A model generated the notes under the pieces. The model was given only the letters and a program-made list of their open reading frames with translations. It was not told where the DNA came from and made no database searches. Positions 24,476-38,728 of a stretch of 64,000 nucleotides of DNA are shown piece by piece. The stretch comes from Vicugna vicugna (taxonomy: Eukaryota). The stretch is taken from contig MU058844.1 of NCBI GenBank assembly GCA_013265495.1, positions 11,678,184-11,742,183 of the forward strand, in the 5' to 3' direction. Each line of letters begins with the position of its first letter. Within the stretch, counting starts at the first letter, position 1. The position numbers were made by a program, and so were the translations under genes.

Positions 24476-26899
24476 CTGGTTGTGGTTAAAAACAAACATT
24501 GTTTGAAGGCTGATTAGTTTTTGATCACTTACATCACACCATTGAGCGTACCTAACTACAGGCCCAGAGAAGACTCTCCTCTGAACCCGGAGCTGACATG
24601 CTATGTGGCATTGATCACTTCTGTGATGCGGCTGTGTACCATATATCAGACATTCCATGCCTGAGAGGCATTGATTTTTAGGGAAAAAAACAACACTGTT
24701 TTCCCCATTCCAAAATTAGTCTTACCCAAATTAATTTTGCTGGTCACAGATGCCTAAAGATGAATAAGACACTATCCCTCACCAACACAATTCTCTGTAT
24801 TTTTTCCAACTACTGCTGGAGCTCACAGCAGTAAACAGATATTCCACGTGGCCTTATAAAACAAATATTAAGAAATTGCCTTAACTAACAAGGAGCCTGG
24901 CTTATTGTTATCTGATTAAATCTGCTTTTGAATCATGATTTAGCTTTTTGTTAATAATGTTTATTTTTACTTGTATAAAATAAGTATTCAAAAGTATGGT
25001 TATATGGATCAAAAGTCTATTAAGAAATACATATATATAGTAATACATATAATTTTTATAACAATCCTATAAGGCATATATTAATATTATCATCCCAATT
25101 ATACAAATAATTTTATAAAACTGAAGCAAAGAACTTACATAAGCTGTCCAAAGTCACTCAGCATGGACTTGAACTGATTTGAGAGGCTGTGCTCTTAACT
25201 AGCACACCTGCAGCCTACCATAGTAGCCCAACAGACTTTAAATTCTAATAAAAAATCAAGTTACTTTTTGGAGGCTATAAGAAAATTAGGCCTATTGTCA
25301 TATAAGTACTTACAACGCAATAGTGTTTACCTACTTTCCACTCAGAAATCTCACTATGATAGGAATTTTTATACAACTGTTTTAGCACTGATTAATGCCT
25401 GATTTCAAGTCTTATTTTTAAGCATGAAAAACTAAAACAAAAAGATTTTATAATAGTGTATGGAATAAAAAAAAATAACTGAGTTTGGAGTTAAAAGGTC
25501 TCAGTATAAATGTTAACATTTGGGAACTATGTAATTCTGGTCATATTATTTACCTTAAGTTTCATCTACCGTAAACCTTCCTCTTTCATCCTTTTTTCTG
25601 AGAAATGGAGTGATAAATGATTAAATTAAATATTTATGTAGAAGAGGCAACATTGCTCCTGCTAACATACTAGGTATTGACAAATAAATGCAAAGCTATT
25701 TTTGATGAAATGTCCAAAGGAAATATTTTATTAAAAAAATCTTTTCATAATATTCAGGAAATAGACTCTATTCAATTCTATTATTCATAAATATAAAACT
25801 ACAATGCTTTTACTTTTAAATGTTTTCTTCAAAGGTATCAAAATGCATGATAAACAATATGAAATTAAGCCAACTGGTATAGAGTAACTGTCTTACCCAT
25901 TTTTCAGAATAAGAAATTTACAGACAAAAAAAGTTAATAAAGAATTAGAGACAGGAAAAGAGGTTGAATTATTAGTTAAACATTTGTGTGAGTTTTTTTT
26001 TAAGTGTGCCTAATATAATACAATAGATTTTTGAAGTTTATATTAGCAATAACAGTATAGACAAATGTATTTTATATTAAGCTTTCTTAAACAAGTTGGT
26101 ACACCAACATTGACTTCTCATTCTCACTACCTTTCTACGATTCCTTATTTTAACTGGTGAAAATTAGTGTTAAGACTGTATATATATACACTCTGGACTA
26201 AAATGTAGTAGTTTACTGATAAGTCAAAATTCTTACATGACATACTTAAATTTTAAAGCATATGATGATACACTGATCTTTTTTAGTATTCATGTGAAGT
26301 GTGCAATTGCATCCATTTCTAGAATATTTGTAGGACTCCATTTGGTTTATACACAAACACTAAGGTGTTTTGAAAAAACTAATTTGACTAATTCCAGACA
26401 AGTCCAACAAGAGTCAAAGCGTCCACTGTCTCAAATACGCTCACTCTCTGTGAATGGATCTCAGTCTTCTACTTCTATCTGTTTTAAGTATAGGTAATTC
26501 CAAATTTATTTCACATACAGATCCCTTTCAGAGCCTGTGAACATTTTACCATGATTTGAATCATTCTCAGTAGCAGATACAGCAGGTTGATTACCTATGG
26601 GTAGAAATGCCTACCAAACACTTCTTCAGAATAACTCTTACTAATTAGTCAGGTCTCACTTTGACCTCACTTCCTCTGGGAAAAAAACAAACACAAAAAC
26701 ATTGTCCCCACCCTCACCTCTGACCCTCTACCAAGCACCAACTTTGGATGAGGTGACTCTGCTACACTCCTTGATAGCTAATTTTGTCTTCTATTATAGC
26801 CATTGTAAGTCCACTGTAATCGCCCATTTTCCCCACTGCACTGCACGTACATTCCATAAAAGCAAAGCACATGCCTGTATTATGCATAGTTTTATACTG

Positions 26900-27125
26900 T
26901 GCACACAGTACCTACTATGTGATGAGCACTGAGCTATTTGCATACATTAGCTCAATCCTTCTAACAACTGCATGAGATTTTTATTTCCCTTATTTTGCTC
27001 ATGAAGAAACTGAAGCACAAAGAGCTTAAGTAACTTCGCCAAACTGAACACAATCTGTAAGTGACCAAACTTAGAAGTGAACTTAGCTCGGTTTCTAAGT
27101 TAACTCTGTCAACCACGATACTATT
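26900..27125. mobile_element. MIR SINE remnant
   Basis: cctactatgtg...atgaagaaactgaagcacaaagagcttaagtaactt, a MIR core. Confidence 0.65.
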
Positions 27126-28319
27126 TTTCAAATATATAAGGATAAGTACAATGGCTTATCAATTATAATATTATTCAACAAACAGAGGAACAGAGAAAAT
27201 AGTGCATATCATATGAATGCCTTTAACAGAACTTAATGAAGTGAACTTTATTTCTCAGTTACCTAGATTCAACTGGAAACTAAGAATAACTCCAAACAAA
27301 ATGAATTTTCTCAAGTTCTGTGACTTGTAGACATGTCCATGCATTTCACATAGTGACTTCATCATTTTGCTGATTTCTCTCCAACATATATAGCTGTATT
27401 TTTCTACTATTTACAGAAATATTCATCAATATTATTCAGTTCCTACAATCTCTAGAACTTGTATCTAGCACATCTGTTAATATTTACTTAGTGGCTATTC
27501 TGTGCAAGACTCTCTGGTCTCGTCAAAGGGAAGAAACCAGACTCATAAAAGATGAATGGCATATATTAAACATTAAACGAGTAGGAGGTGGGAAAGAAAA
27601 CGGTAGAGATCAGAAGTACACAAAGGGCTGTACAATATTAAAAAAGATCAAGGCACATAGCTAAGGGAGATATGCAGACATTCAAGGCAGCAGGGATATA
27701 TTTTTGTAGGAAACTATGTAAAAATATACTCCATTTACATTTTAAAAATACGTACATACATATAGTGGGACGGAGTTGGAAAGAAACATCGTATCCGCCC
27801 AAAATCAAAGTACAGTTTATTGTGTTATTGTTAAGAGGAACATGATGGCATCCTATTGAACTTATCTTCCTTTTCTTACATTGATCTCAAAAGTTATTTG
27901 TGATATTTCTTATTCTATAATGAAAAGAATATTAATAATTATTACAAATATAAAAATGCTGACTGGCACGTTATTGAAAGTTCCTTATATTATTTCACAT
28001 TAGTGATCCCAACAACCTGATGAGGTGGGAAGGGCTCCTATTTCTTTTCTGTTTTTGGTTTTGTTTTGTTTTGTTTTTTTTTTTTTGACAGTTTCATAAT
28101 CAATTACTTTGTCTCCCTTTCTTGGGGAAGGGCTCCTATTTCTACTTCACCCTTATGGAAACCAAAGCTTTGAGAGCTTAAACAACTCATTCAGTGGTGC
28201 CCAGCTAGTGAGGAGTGTGTGGTGGAGCTGGGATCTGACCCCACGGGGTGTGATGCTCGAGCCCAAGCTCTATAATCGTCTTAGAATGTCTGACATTTTA
28301 AGTGTTTAACAAAAGTGGG

Positions 28320-28480
28320 CTTAAACTTCAACGTGCCCTTAAGTCACTGAGGATCCTACTGAATGCACATCGTATTGTGATTCGGCAGATCTGTGGGGGG
28401 TGCGGGGTGCGGAAATTTTGTATTTCTAACAAGCTCCCATAGGATGCCCGATGCTGCGGGTCACAGACCATGTTTTGAGT
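28320..28480. mobile_element. MER5-like DNA transposon remnant
   Basis: gattcggcagatctgtggggg...tgtatttctaacaagctcccataggatgcc...gaccatgttttgagt. Confidence 0.6.
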
Positions 28481-28744
28481 TAAAATTTGAACAGACTTGG
28501 AAATCACAGCAATTGCTGACATTCTCAGCTTTAATGAGTTCTTTCCTATGACAGCATCCATATTGGCTAAACTCACTACATATTCCATAGCTGTGCAGAA
28601 TTAATAGTCCCCCTGAATGCTTGGAAACTGGTGGTGAAGGATCCGTAAAATCAAAGGGAGCCCATCAGGTTTACCTAATGTCCTTTATAACCACATATTT
28701 AGTGCATGTCTTCTTTGTTTCTGTAACTAGGTTAAGAAATCAGG

Positions 28745-29118
28745 ACGGACCTAGAGATGATCATACTAACTGAGTTAAATCAGACAGAGAAAGACAAGTG
28801 TCATATAATATTACTTATATGTGGAATCTAAAAGATGATAGAAATGAACTCATTAACAAAACAGAAACAGACTCACAGACATAGAAAACAAACTTACGGT
28901 TACCAAAGGGGGAAGGGAGTGGGGAGGGATCAATTAGCAGATACACAACACTATATACAAAATAGACAAACAACAAGGTCATGCTGTATAGCGCAGGAAA
29001 CTCTGTTCAATAACTTATAATAACCTATAATGAAAAAGAATATATATGTATAACATAATCACTATGCTGTACACCAGAAACTAACACAGCATTTTGTAAA
29101 TCAACTATAATTAAACGA
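28745..29118 (+). mobile_element. 5'-truncated L1 (end of ORF2 plus 3' UTR)
   Basis: ggacctagagatgatcatactaa...ttatatgtggaatctaaaa...gtacaccagaaactaacac...gtaaatcaactata. Probable TSD aagaa(a/g)tcagg at 28734-28744 and 29119-29129. Confidence 0.85.
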
Positions 29119-32100
29119 AAGAAGTCAGGGGACTCCTACCCTTTTCTGCCTGTGAGCTTTGGTGAAGATGAGAAGAGAGGGTGAAAAAGGACCAGTCAGG
29201 ATGCTTTGTAAGTGAGCAGACATTAGCTAGACAGACTGCTGGAGGAGTTCAAGTACAGAGGGATTTCAACATCATGACACCCAAAAATGAGACACGAGGG
29301 ACTCCAAATTGTAACACCCATCTCCAACCCACAGTCATGGTCACAGCAACAGCTGTGAAATCTATCTTGGAGGAGTACACACATAAAAGAGACTTCTCTG
29401 AGCTCAACTCTAAGTCGGTCCTGAGCTCACCTCCATACAGCAGCCAGGAGGTGCTTCAGGTTTCATTAAGAGCACACATCATAGGTCACCCTGCACCCGG
29501 GAAGCATTGGAATAATGAGCGTCTCCCGGGACCCCTTACAAGAAAGGCTGTACAGAAGAGGCTCGAATGGCAGCATCCGCAGCTCCTGCAGAGTGGATGC
29601 CACTGCCTAGTCTCTGTCTCTGTGCCACATGTATATTCAATAGTGTGTAGCCTGGTCTCACGGATACGTTTCTGAGTGTTGTTAACTCAGCTTCCGACTA
29701 TGAATGAATGGTTTCCTGGGTATGTGGCAGAGAACAGGTATCCCTGCAATAAATCTGTGTCCTGCATTTGCAGGGCTTCTCTGCCTGTGGCTGATTCTAA
29801 TCTCTGGCCTCCAAAAAGAATGGTTCCTCCACCTCCTCTCCCTTCCCTCCCCTTCTTCTCCCACCCACATCCACCACCACCAACTCCGCTACAACCAAAT
29901 ATGACTTGTCATCTGCTTGCTTTTCCCAAGTACTTTGATACATGGTATCACATGGCAAGTCTTCACACATGCATTTGATTTAAACCCGTAATAATCTGCA
30001 ACATATGTATGACTTTTCTTGCTATAAATGAGAAACTTGAAGAAAGAGAAAGTAAGTTGCTTCAAATCAGACATATAGTAAAACTTAGAGAAGATAGACT
30101 CAAAGTGGAACCCTGGCTTATGTGACTCCAACATTTGGTGGCTTCTGAGTCTCCTTTCCAAACGTTTGCTGCTGGTATGGCTCTCCACAAAGCCACATGT
30201 TTGACACAATGGTGAAGGTAACTGGGTAACACCCTGAAATGTGGGTTTCCATCTTCCTCAATGAGCAGAATATAAATGGGGAGAATGTCATACAAGACAC
30301 TCAGTATTCAGTACACTGTATACTCTCTCCTTTGGCATCCTACTTGGCACCATGCTTCTGAGGTGATGTAAGAATACATTTTAATTCCTGATTAGAAAAC
30401 ATCTACATTTTGCAGACTTAAGTTTTAGTTATTTCATTTTCCAAAAAAAAAAAAAGATAACTTGGATGACCTGGGAAAGATGCCAGTCTAGTTCTAAAAT
30501 TAATACATGGAGGTAAATGTGGCAGTCACAACAGGCATATGGGAAGTTTAGAGAAAGATGATGGCTTCAAGAGCTTAGCGCCATGTGGCCAGCAGTGCTA
30601 CCAGTCTGTGAAAGGAGCAAGGGACACCTCAGTCATTTCTCTCTCCTTCACTGAGTTATGTGCTGCTTAGAGCAAACCAGCTTTCACTCATGAAGCAACA
30701 GAAAATACACAAAGTAACAACAACCAAGATGACACCAGCATCACTCTTTCCAAAGTAGTCACTGCATAGCAGACACTGTGCTCAGTGACATACATGGTCC
30801 CTGCTAAATATGGGACAGCTTCAGCATCACAGATCATTATGGAAGGAAGGGACTGATGAATCAACGTGACCGTGGCAGTGAGTGTGGTGAATAATTAACT
30901 TAGACTCTCATTGTGCAATGATATACCAAAATACGTTGAATATTTTGAAAGTTAAAAAAAAAGTAGCATTCAAATTTAAAGATGTCTTGCTACCCACTGG
31001 CCCCTAGTCACCTCAGCACGCTGTCTTCCATAAACGATGGTTTGCAATCATCCATTTTATGATGACTCAGGGAAAACATGGGATAGCATCACAGGGACCC
31101 TAGAGGAACTGTCTATCCTGCACATGCACATACTGTACCATTTGTAATGGGAAAGTGCAGCTTTGTGGAGTATTGCAAAATGCAGGGAGGCTTCAATTTA
31201 CCAGCCAGTTTTTTTTAAAGTATGTAATGCATGTACAGGCATGTATAATATGCATACACCTCAGTGTGCAGGCATGCACACATACATAAACAACATACAT
31301 GCCCAAGTTTGTTTATTCAGATCCCTTGATTTATGTACCTAATTATGTTGCCTCATGAAAATTCCTAAGATTAACCTGAAATTATCATGTTAACATTATA
31401 TTGTATATTTGTGTAAATATTAAGGAAATAAAGCAAAAAGTCACGGTGGAACACATAATTAAAACCTGAGAAAAGGAATACAATAAATAAAACAAATGTG
31501 CATTGCCTTGAAAAGAAAATAAAACAGTTCAGTTCTGATCTTATAGCAATTTTAGGGTAATTAAAAAAAAAGTATGTGAGAACTATATAACTATGTTTTA
31601 ACGGTCAAATTCCATGACTAATGCAACATTCACATGAAACCTACAGTTTTAAAAAGTTCAACTTCAATGTTGCCAAATTCTCCGTATCAATCCTACTAAA
31701 TCTGTGTTGAGAGTAAATCAAAGAAAGTGCTTCCACAACAGAAGATACTTCGTTAGAATTCAGGAGGACAGAAGAGGAGTCTCCTCTTCAGTAGATGAAC
31801 AGGTACAAGGTAAGAAACACATGGGAGAGACAATTAAACAGACGGTAGCAGGCCTGCTGGTACTGTGGCATGTTTCTTAGCAACACAGAAAAACATCCCT
31901 TTCACAACAAACTCTGTCAAGGAATTAGTGTTTACAGATCATAATTCAGAAACTGAATTCCAAATAAAGCTAGAGATATTTACAATCCAAGTAATACTAA
32001 ACTGTTCAGCCTTTTTCATATTTATCACCTACGTTTTATAAAACAAGAATTATTTCTTAATTTAATTTGCTTCAGGCATGTAAAATGTATGTTCAAATGA

Positions 32101-35100
32101 ACCAGGGTATTTTTTTTTTTTTAAAGATCCTTGATTTCCAGTGAACAGATATTTGGTTTTTCTTTAAAGCGTATCCCTGTCTAGAGTAATCACCTAGGCT
32201 GCATGGGCCAGTTGACAAATGCTGGTGTCAGAGCATATTTTTCATAGTCAGTTTCTGAGTGGCAGGTCACCGAGAGAAGAAACTCGGACTTGCACAAGAA
32301 ATGCTTCCCTGCAAACAATGGTATCTTCATTTCACCATTTGTTCTGAGAAATTTGTTCCCGCTTTCCGACAGACTGGCAGGATGGTATTACTTTCCATTT
32401 TAACATTTCTATTTCAGCCTTCTCTGCAAGTGATAATTAATCTGTGGCCATGTTCACTGACATTTTAATTCATTCGGTGAGATGAGCAAACTATTTTTTG
32501 AATGGCATTATTCAAAAAAAAATGGTATTAGACGCATTTGAAGTGCAATTTGTGATTCTCTATTGATTTTCTTTCATTAGGTAAGTCACACAATTTGCAA
32601 ATAAGCTCTTTTTACAACCCCATACATGCGAAACGCTACTGGGCTTTCAACAGTATGTTTTTTAAGAAGGAAGTGAAATTATTTTCAGTGTGAATAAACA
32701 TTTACTATCTATTACAAATTCTCAAGATTCCTCAACTGAGTCATAAAACTCATCATCTGAGACTTGTTATAAAAAAAGTGGGAAGTACATTTTCACTTAG
32801 AAGCATTCAGGGAGCACATTTACAGATAGTCTGGTTAATTTTTCAAGTAAGAATAATTTATTAAATTTAAATGTTATAATTTCTATTAACTAAAAAGGAA
32901 TGGCAATTAGAATACTCAAGTTAATATCTTCTGAATTATGTCATTATACTACTGCAATCTTTGAAATTTCTTGTTTAATTTTCACCTTACTTGGTCACGC
33001 TCAGGATATATGTATAAACTAGTTTGTCACAGAGATCGACCTGTCAGCAGATGGAATCTTATATTTTCATATTTTATGTTACCAGTACAAATCTCCATGT
33101 CAAAAAGGTTAAACAAAACATGCTCATCCAAAAAAAAAATACCACTGGAAGAGCCTAAAGGATAAATTATAAATTGTTTCGTATGTAACATTTATTTTTA
33201 TTTTGTTTGTTCTTGTAATTTAATATTTTGGAAATAGAAACTAGCATGACACAACGATTAACTTAGAAGCAGTGATACTGGATTACTGACATGAAGTTCT
33301 AATTCCATGTTAACAGAAAATGCCATATAGTGTGTAAAACAAACTACAGATGGCTGGCTGTATTATATCCTGTAATGCCATCCATGCTTTAATTAGTATC
33401 GGCAGTTTACAGGTATTTAATGCCTACATTCGATGTATCAGAATATTTGTGAATGGGAGATCATACACTTTAAATGTTTTGGAATTTTACTTAGTTGGAA
33501 TTAAAAGTAATGGCTAATTCACCATGAAAGCTCTTGTCTTTTGCGGTCTACAGGCACCTAAGGAGCTATGCTTATTATGGTCAAAAGCCTCACAATGCTT
33601 GTCATCTGTCTCCACCTTGTGGTTACTGTAAAGATTGCTACTTTCTAATTTTGCATTGCATCCTAGACAGACCTAAGAGAGGCTGAATGGCTGTGGAAAA
33701 ATATGAATACTTGGTTACCTTTGGATTTTTTTCTTCTACACACCAGATATGTAGAAAAGCATCTGATGTGGCAGAAAAACACATTATCATATCAAAGTGT
33801 TAGGGCATCTAGAGCACTTCTAGGTCTCTTTCCTAATGTTATTAGTCATTTCTTGCAAAAATATTGTATAACTGTAGTATCACGTAGCCAAATTGGAACC
33901 CTGAGCAGTCCACTCGGTAAATCTCTGTCTAAACACACCTAGTTGCCCTTGGAATTTCACGGCACATACAGGCCTTGTATGATACTTTCTAGGAAAGTTA
34001 CAAAATAAGGGAGATGTTCTTCCGATGAGAAACTGTAGTCCCCTACCTCGCTTCAAGAGAAGTATAAGTCTTCAGTGATGTTTCTTAGTTTCTCAAATCA
34101 AAGGTTTTATACTTTATTTTAAAGCAAAAATCCTAACTTCCAAATATATACTATTTTCTTCTTTTCCCATTCAACTCAAGAACTGGAGCTATTACAGGAA
34201 TCAAGATACACTGCTTTGCTGACCAGGGATTTGCAGCCTGTCCAGTTTTGTTTTAATGAGTAGGGCATTTCTGTAAAAGTGTCTAATTCATAAATCACCC
34301 CTGTCAATTCATGTCTGAGTAAGAGAAGTCTCATCAGATCATTTCTATGAAACAATCTGAAATGACCTAATAGGAGCAAAGAAGTTTCTACCTGGTTGAA
34401 TCAGTGGAACCAAATTTTCCAGCTGTTCAACTAAGTCTATTTGTCACTTTTGAATTTCATGCCTTGTTTCATGGAGACTTAAATACTATGAAGAGAAGTT
34501 TTAATGATTTGAAAACACTCCATCACAATCTGTCAGAATGCCAGAGCCCCTCACTCAGTCACACTGCTCTCAACAAGATAGGTTCTTGATTTTCTCATGG
34601 TTTCGATGTAAACTGCACCACCTCCCACTTGTAGGCAGACTCCACAGGGATGTCTCAAGTCAGCACCTCTTTAAATACACACTGTGCACATTACAGAGAA
34701 CTGCGCATCATAGAGTGAATACAGCTTTAACAGACTTCCACTAACTGTCCTTTCTTCCTGTTGTGATTTGATACGTCTATCACACACGCTTTCAAGAAAA
34801 TAAAACAAACATAAATAATTTGTCTCTTATAGGAGAAACTCAGGTCATTATACTTATCTATCCTGCTGCTTTTCAAAGATTAAACACCCTTCATAATTAT
34901 GTCTTAATTTTTGACACTCCAACCGTTAACTGCCTAAAACATCTATGGGACTGATGTTAACTAAAACTATGGATTCAACAAAATTAAGTATGGATTTATA
35001 ATTTCAGGATAAGCGTTCATAAAAACATCAGAAGACAAGTGAAAATGCTATTTATAGACATCCAGGAAGAACTCTTTTTGAGAAACAGATTTTATACTTG

Positions 35101-35339
35101 GAGGTAGAATTAACCATTTTAATATAAATGACTTTATTTCCTGAAAATGTTCTTTAGGTAAGAAAGGTCCTGTAAGAAAGCAGGAATTCAGAAGGAGACA
35201 GTAGGTAATATCAGAAATTTCACTGCTAGCATTCCCATTCCCAGTGCTGTAACACTGCTTAAATACTAGATTTAGCATGTCATTTACGAGACCCATTCTC
35301 TAGGCTTGTGTCATAATGATGTAATGGGCGAACGCTTAC

Positions 35340-35479
35340 CTTTTTCACTGCCATTTGCATAATTTGGAGGCTTGTTTTTGTCAATGCTGTTAAAGCTCTG
35401 ACTTCTCCTATTTAAATTGGAGGCTCCCTGGACCTTGCTGCTGCTGCCTGCAGTTGGCACCCTAGAGGGACCTGGAAGC
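35340..35479 (-). CDS. NAV3: NAV3 coding exon, 140 nt (LPGPSRVPTAGSSSKVQGASNLNRRSQSFNSIDKNKPPNYANGSEK)
   Basis: Acceptor tatttcag (AG at 35481-35480), donor AG|gtaagc at 35339. Contains the navigator-typical NRRSQSFN motif. Confidence 0.96.
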
Positions 35480-38400
35480 CTGAAATAGTATAAGAAAAAT
35501 TACATCATTATTGTATATTATGAAAAGATAGGGAACGGGAGGCTCTGAGCAAGGAAGAGTTAATGGGAAAAATCATAATTTATGATGTTCTAAAACCTAC
35601 TCAGCAGAAAATGGTAGTTTAAGTGACAAGTGGCTAAACACAAGGCTTGAGAATCTTCAGCAAATCTTGTTTCATAGATTAAAATTTGCCTCCAAACTAT
35701 ATTAATAATGCAGGGTAATAAGAAATAAATTAATCTCCAAAAAACTCATGCTTATCACAGCCCCGATGAATAAAACTGATTTAAAGGCACTATAACAATG
35801 ACATGAAAAGCAAAGGAAATAAAACTACTTTACTATATTCTCAGGATATTAATCAGCTGCCTTCAGTTGCTGTTAAGGTGTTCTTCTCAACGTGTGGGGA
35901 CATTGTTGTTTTCTTAAGTAGCTGTATTCTAAACTAACTTGCACATTAATACGAAGAAGAACAAAGTTATAGCGCAAATTGCAAACAGCAAACGCTTATG
36001 GAATATCTAAGCTAGTCAGTTAATCTAAAACATGGTGTGGAGGCCAAGGTCATGAGTTTGCTCATACTCAGCTGACCTGTCTCATGTGAAAACTTTCATC
36101 CTCTTGCCAAAAGTAAGCACCTAGACTTTAGGGGGTTATCTCTAATGAAGTGTGGCCAACTGATCATGTAGGTCACATGACAGGAAAGGGTGCAGGTCTC
36201 AGAAGAAAATCTCTATTAGTCAAATGACACTTTAAAAGGTATATACAATGAGAGCACCTTCAGCTGCCCTTTGGGTAGGAAAGACAGAACATGGGAAAAT
36301 ATATGCAGGCTACCATAAAATTAGAGGACATTAATGATCTCCAGTTACTTTATTTGACCTATAATCATACATCAGTTTGGATCATTTATTTCACTGTTTA
36401 AACAGTTTCCGCATTAAAATGTCGAGTATCAATTATTTCAAGAATTGTGCCTAAAATATGCAATTACTATATTTTATTTCATGTCATCAGCATATATTCT
36501 GTATGTATAATAAGCTCAGTTCACATAAATGAAAAACTGGAAATTAAGAACTAAGATTGGCATTCTAAGACACATTTAAAGACATGACATGAAGGGCTGC
36601 TAGCATCTTTGCTAGTATTTGCTGCCACCATGTGACTGTCATTGTGTACTGCTCTAATAATTTCTATTTTAAAAGAAAAACAAACAAAAACAATCCAGAA
36701 CTTATAAATGTAGCAACAGATTTTTTTCACTGTTCTCCTTTACAAAATTTTTAAAATAAAGGAGCCAATATAACAGTTATATTGCCCGAAATCACAATTT
36801 CACAATCAGTTGTTACAATATTCAAATTTTAACTCACCTTTATAATATTACTTAACATATCATCTCCATAGATTACTAGGAAATCAAAGACTTAACTATG
36901 TACCATAGACATTTTAAAAATAGTAAAAAGATTGCAAAATGGAATGAACATCGGGAAAACACAGATACCAGCTTTAAAACAGGAATGTTGATATCTTGGA
37001 ATAGTTAATAGTTTCAAAATGTTGACTGTATTTTGGAGTTTAAATACATATGGTTAGTAAATAGTTCCTTCAGCTAATTTGCTAATTAGAGGTTATGTCA
37101 TCCACAAGATCAGAATCTTTTCCAAATGACTCCAGCATTTAACTTTTGCTCAAATGGGTCTACAGGGTTTGTAAGTATAGCATGATAACCACAGACACCA
37201 GGAATTTTGAGTACCAGTGATTGCACTGTGTAGAAAGAACTCAGCGAATTAATTTGGCAAAATGTCCCAATCAAAATAAATCTGAGAACTAGTCCTGCAG
37301 ACACAGCTATAGACTCAGAAACTTCGTTCCAAATTCACATGTATAAACAAATTTTGTCACAAAATGTGCCTTGCTTGCAATGAAACTTGACCTGTTTCTA
37401 GAAAGCAATTAGAATGCATTTTAATCTTTACTGTGACCCATGAAGCCAAGTGATATTTAGTTCTCAGAAGAACAAATTAAAACAAATTAAAAAATCCATT
37501 TGCTCTTCTCATTAGCCTAATTTGACAGTCAGCCAGAGCGCCAGATCATTCATCAAAGTAATAAAAAGAGAAATGAGAACAGAGTCAAAAAAAAAGAAAG
37601 AAGAAAAAAAAAAGAGCGATGTTCTATTAAATCAAAAAGTACTTAAAATATATTTTACATTCATAAGTCTTAGAAGTAATAAAAAATTGTTACTGAACAT
37701 GGCAGGTCACTGTTCTTTGCACATCCTAATTTGTATCATTTCTTCTGATTTTTTAATTAAATACCTTTTTAATTTGCCTCTCCAGAATCATTTTAATTAC
37801 TATGGAAATGAACATAGAAAACCAAGGCAAAGGGAAAAAAGGCACATTCTTCAAGTTAAGGCATCGTAAGCAGTCCCTGTGGTCAAACACTGCATCGTAT
37901 GACTCACTATTACAATACTGACTAGCAAACCACCGCTGAGATACCTCCCCTGTGAGTGAGATGGCACATTTAATCACATAATAATCAGGGGTGCAAAACA
38001 CATTTGCTGTGGCCTCACTTAGCTGTACCATCATGCCTTCAGCAACTTAACATTTAAAAGTAATCAAACCCTGTCCACACATTTTTATATACCGGTATTT
38101 TCCAAACAGTACATAATGCATCGACATTTATTAAAATAGGCTGTCTTTGAAATACATATGTCATAAAGAAGGAACAATTTAAACTCTTATAGATACAAGA
38201 ACAGTCTAGGCTGATCTGGTGCTAACTTCCCAAAAAATCTGCCATGTTTTTCAATTCTGCTTCAAAATGTGCAATCATTAATGCATGCTCATTTCAAAAA
38301 GCAATTACAATCTTGTTGTATAACTTCTGGATTTTGTGACCTGGAAAGAATGGGGTCTGCAAATTTAATTTCTTCCCTTGACTTTCTCTGAGCCTAGAAC

Positions 38401-38659
38401 CTAGACTTCAGCCCAGTCACAGCACGATATATAACGAGCCTAAAATAGAAGAACCCAAACCCATGTAATGATCTAACACAACACATTCATCCTCAAGAAG
38501 GATGTCTGGTAATTTGCTTGGAAGAATTCAGTACTCTAAACTTTTCATCCAGAAGTAGGTCATTTTTTGAAAAAAAAAATTTAGAATGATAGGACAAAAT
38601 ATCACGGGGCATTTACTTTATTATTACTAACAAGCAATAAATTAGAGATATTAACTGAC

Positions 38660-38728
38660 CTAGTAGGCTTTTTTTGACTGGTTGCAATTCCACTGTGATT
38701 AGACTGAGTTGCATATCTGGCTGCCAGA
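38660..38728 (-). CDS. NAV3: NAV3 coding exon, 69 nt, symmetric phase 2-2 (SLAARYATQSNHSGIATSQKKPTR), candidate cassette exon
   Basis: Acceptor ttctctgtttctcctcatacag, donor AG|gtcagt at 38659. Translation matches recalled NAV3 peptide. Length is divisible by 3. Confidence 0.93.

Noticed and set aside
23345..24517. Overlapping ORFs (23345..23782 -, 23382..23663 +, 23623..23889 +, 23902..24459 +, 24275..24517 +)
   Set aside because: Shadow frames of the GC-rich NAV3 exon, with no recognisable protein similarity.
29181..30300. Group of 60-164 aa ORFs on both strands
   Set aside because: No recognisable domains or exon structure; the region looks like degraded LTR/MIR-like intronic sequence.
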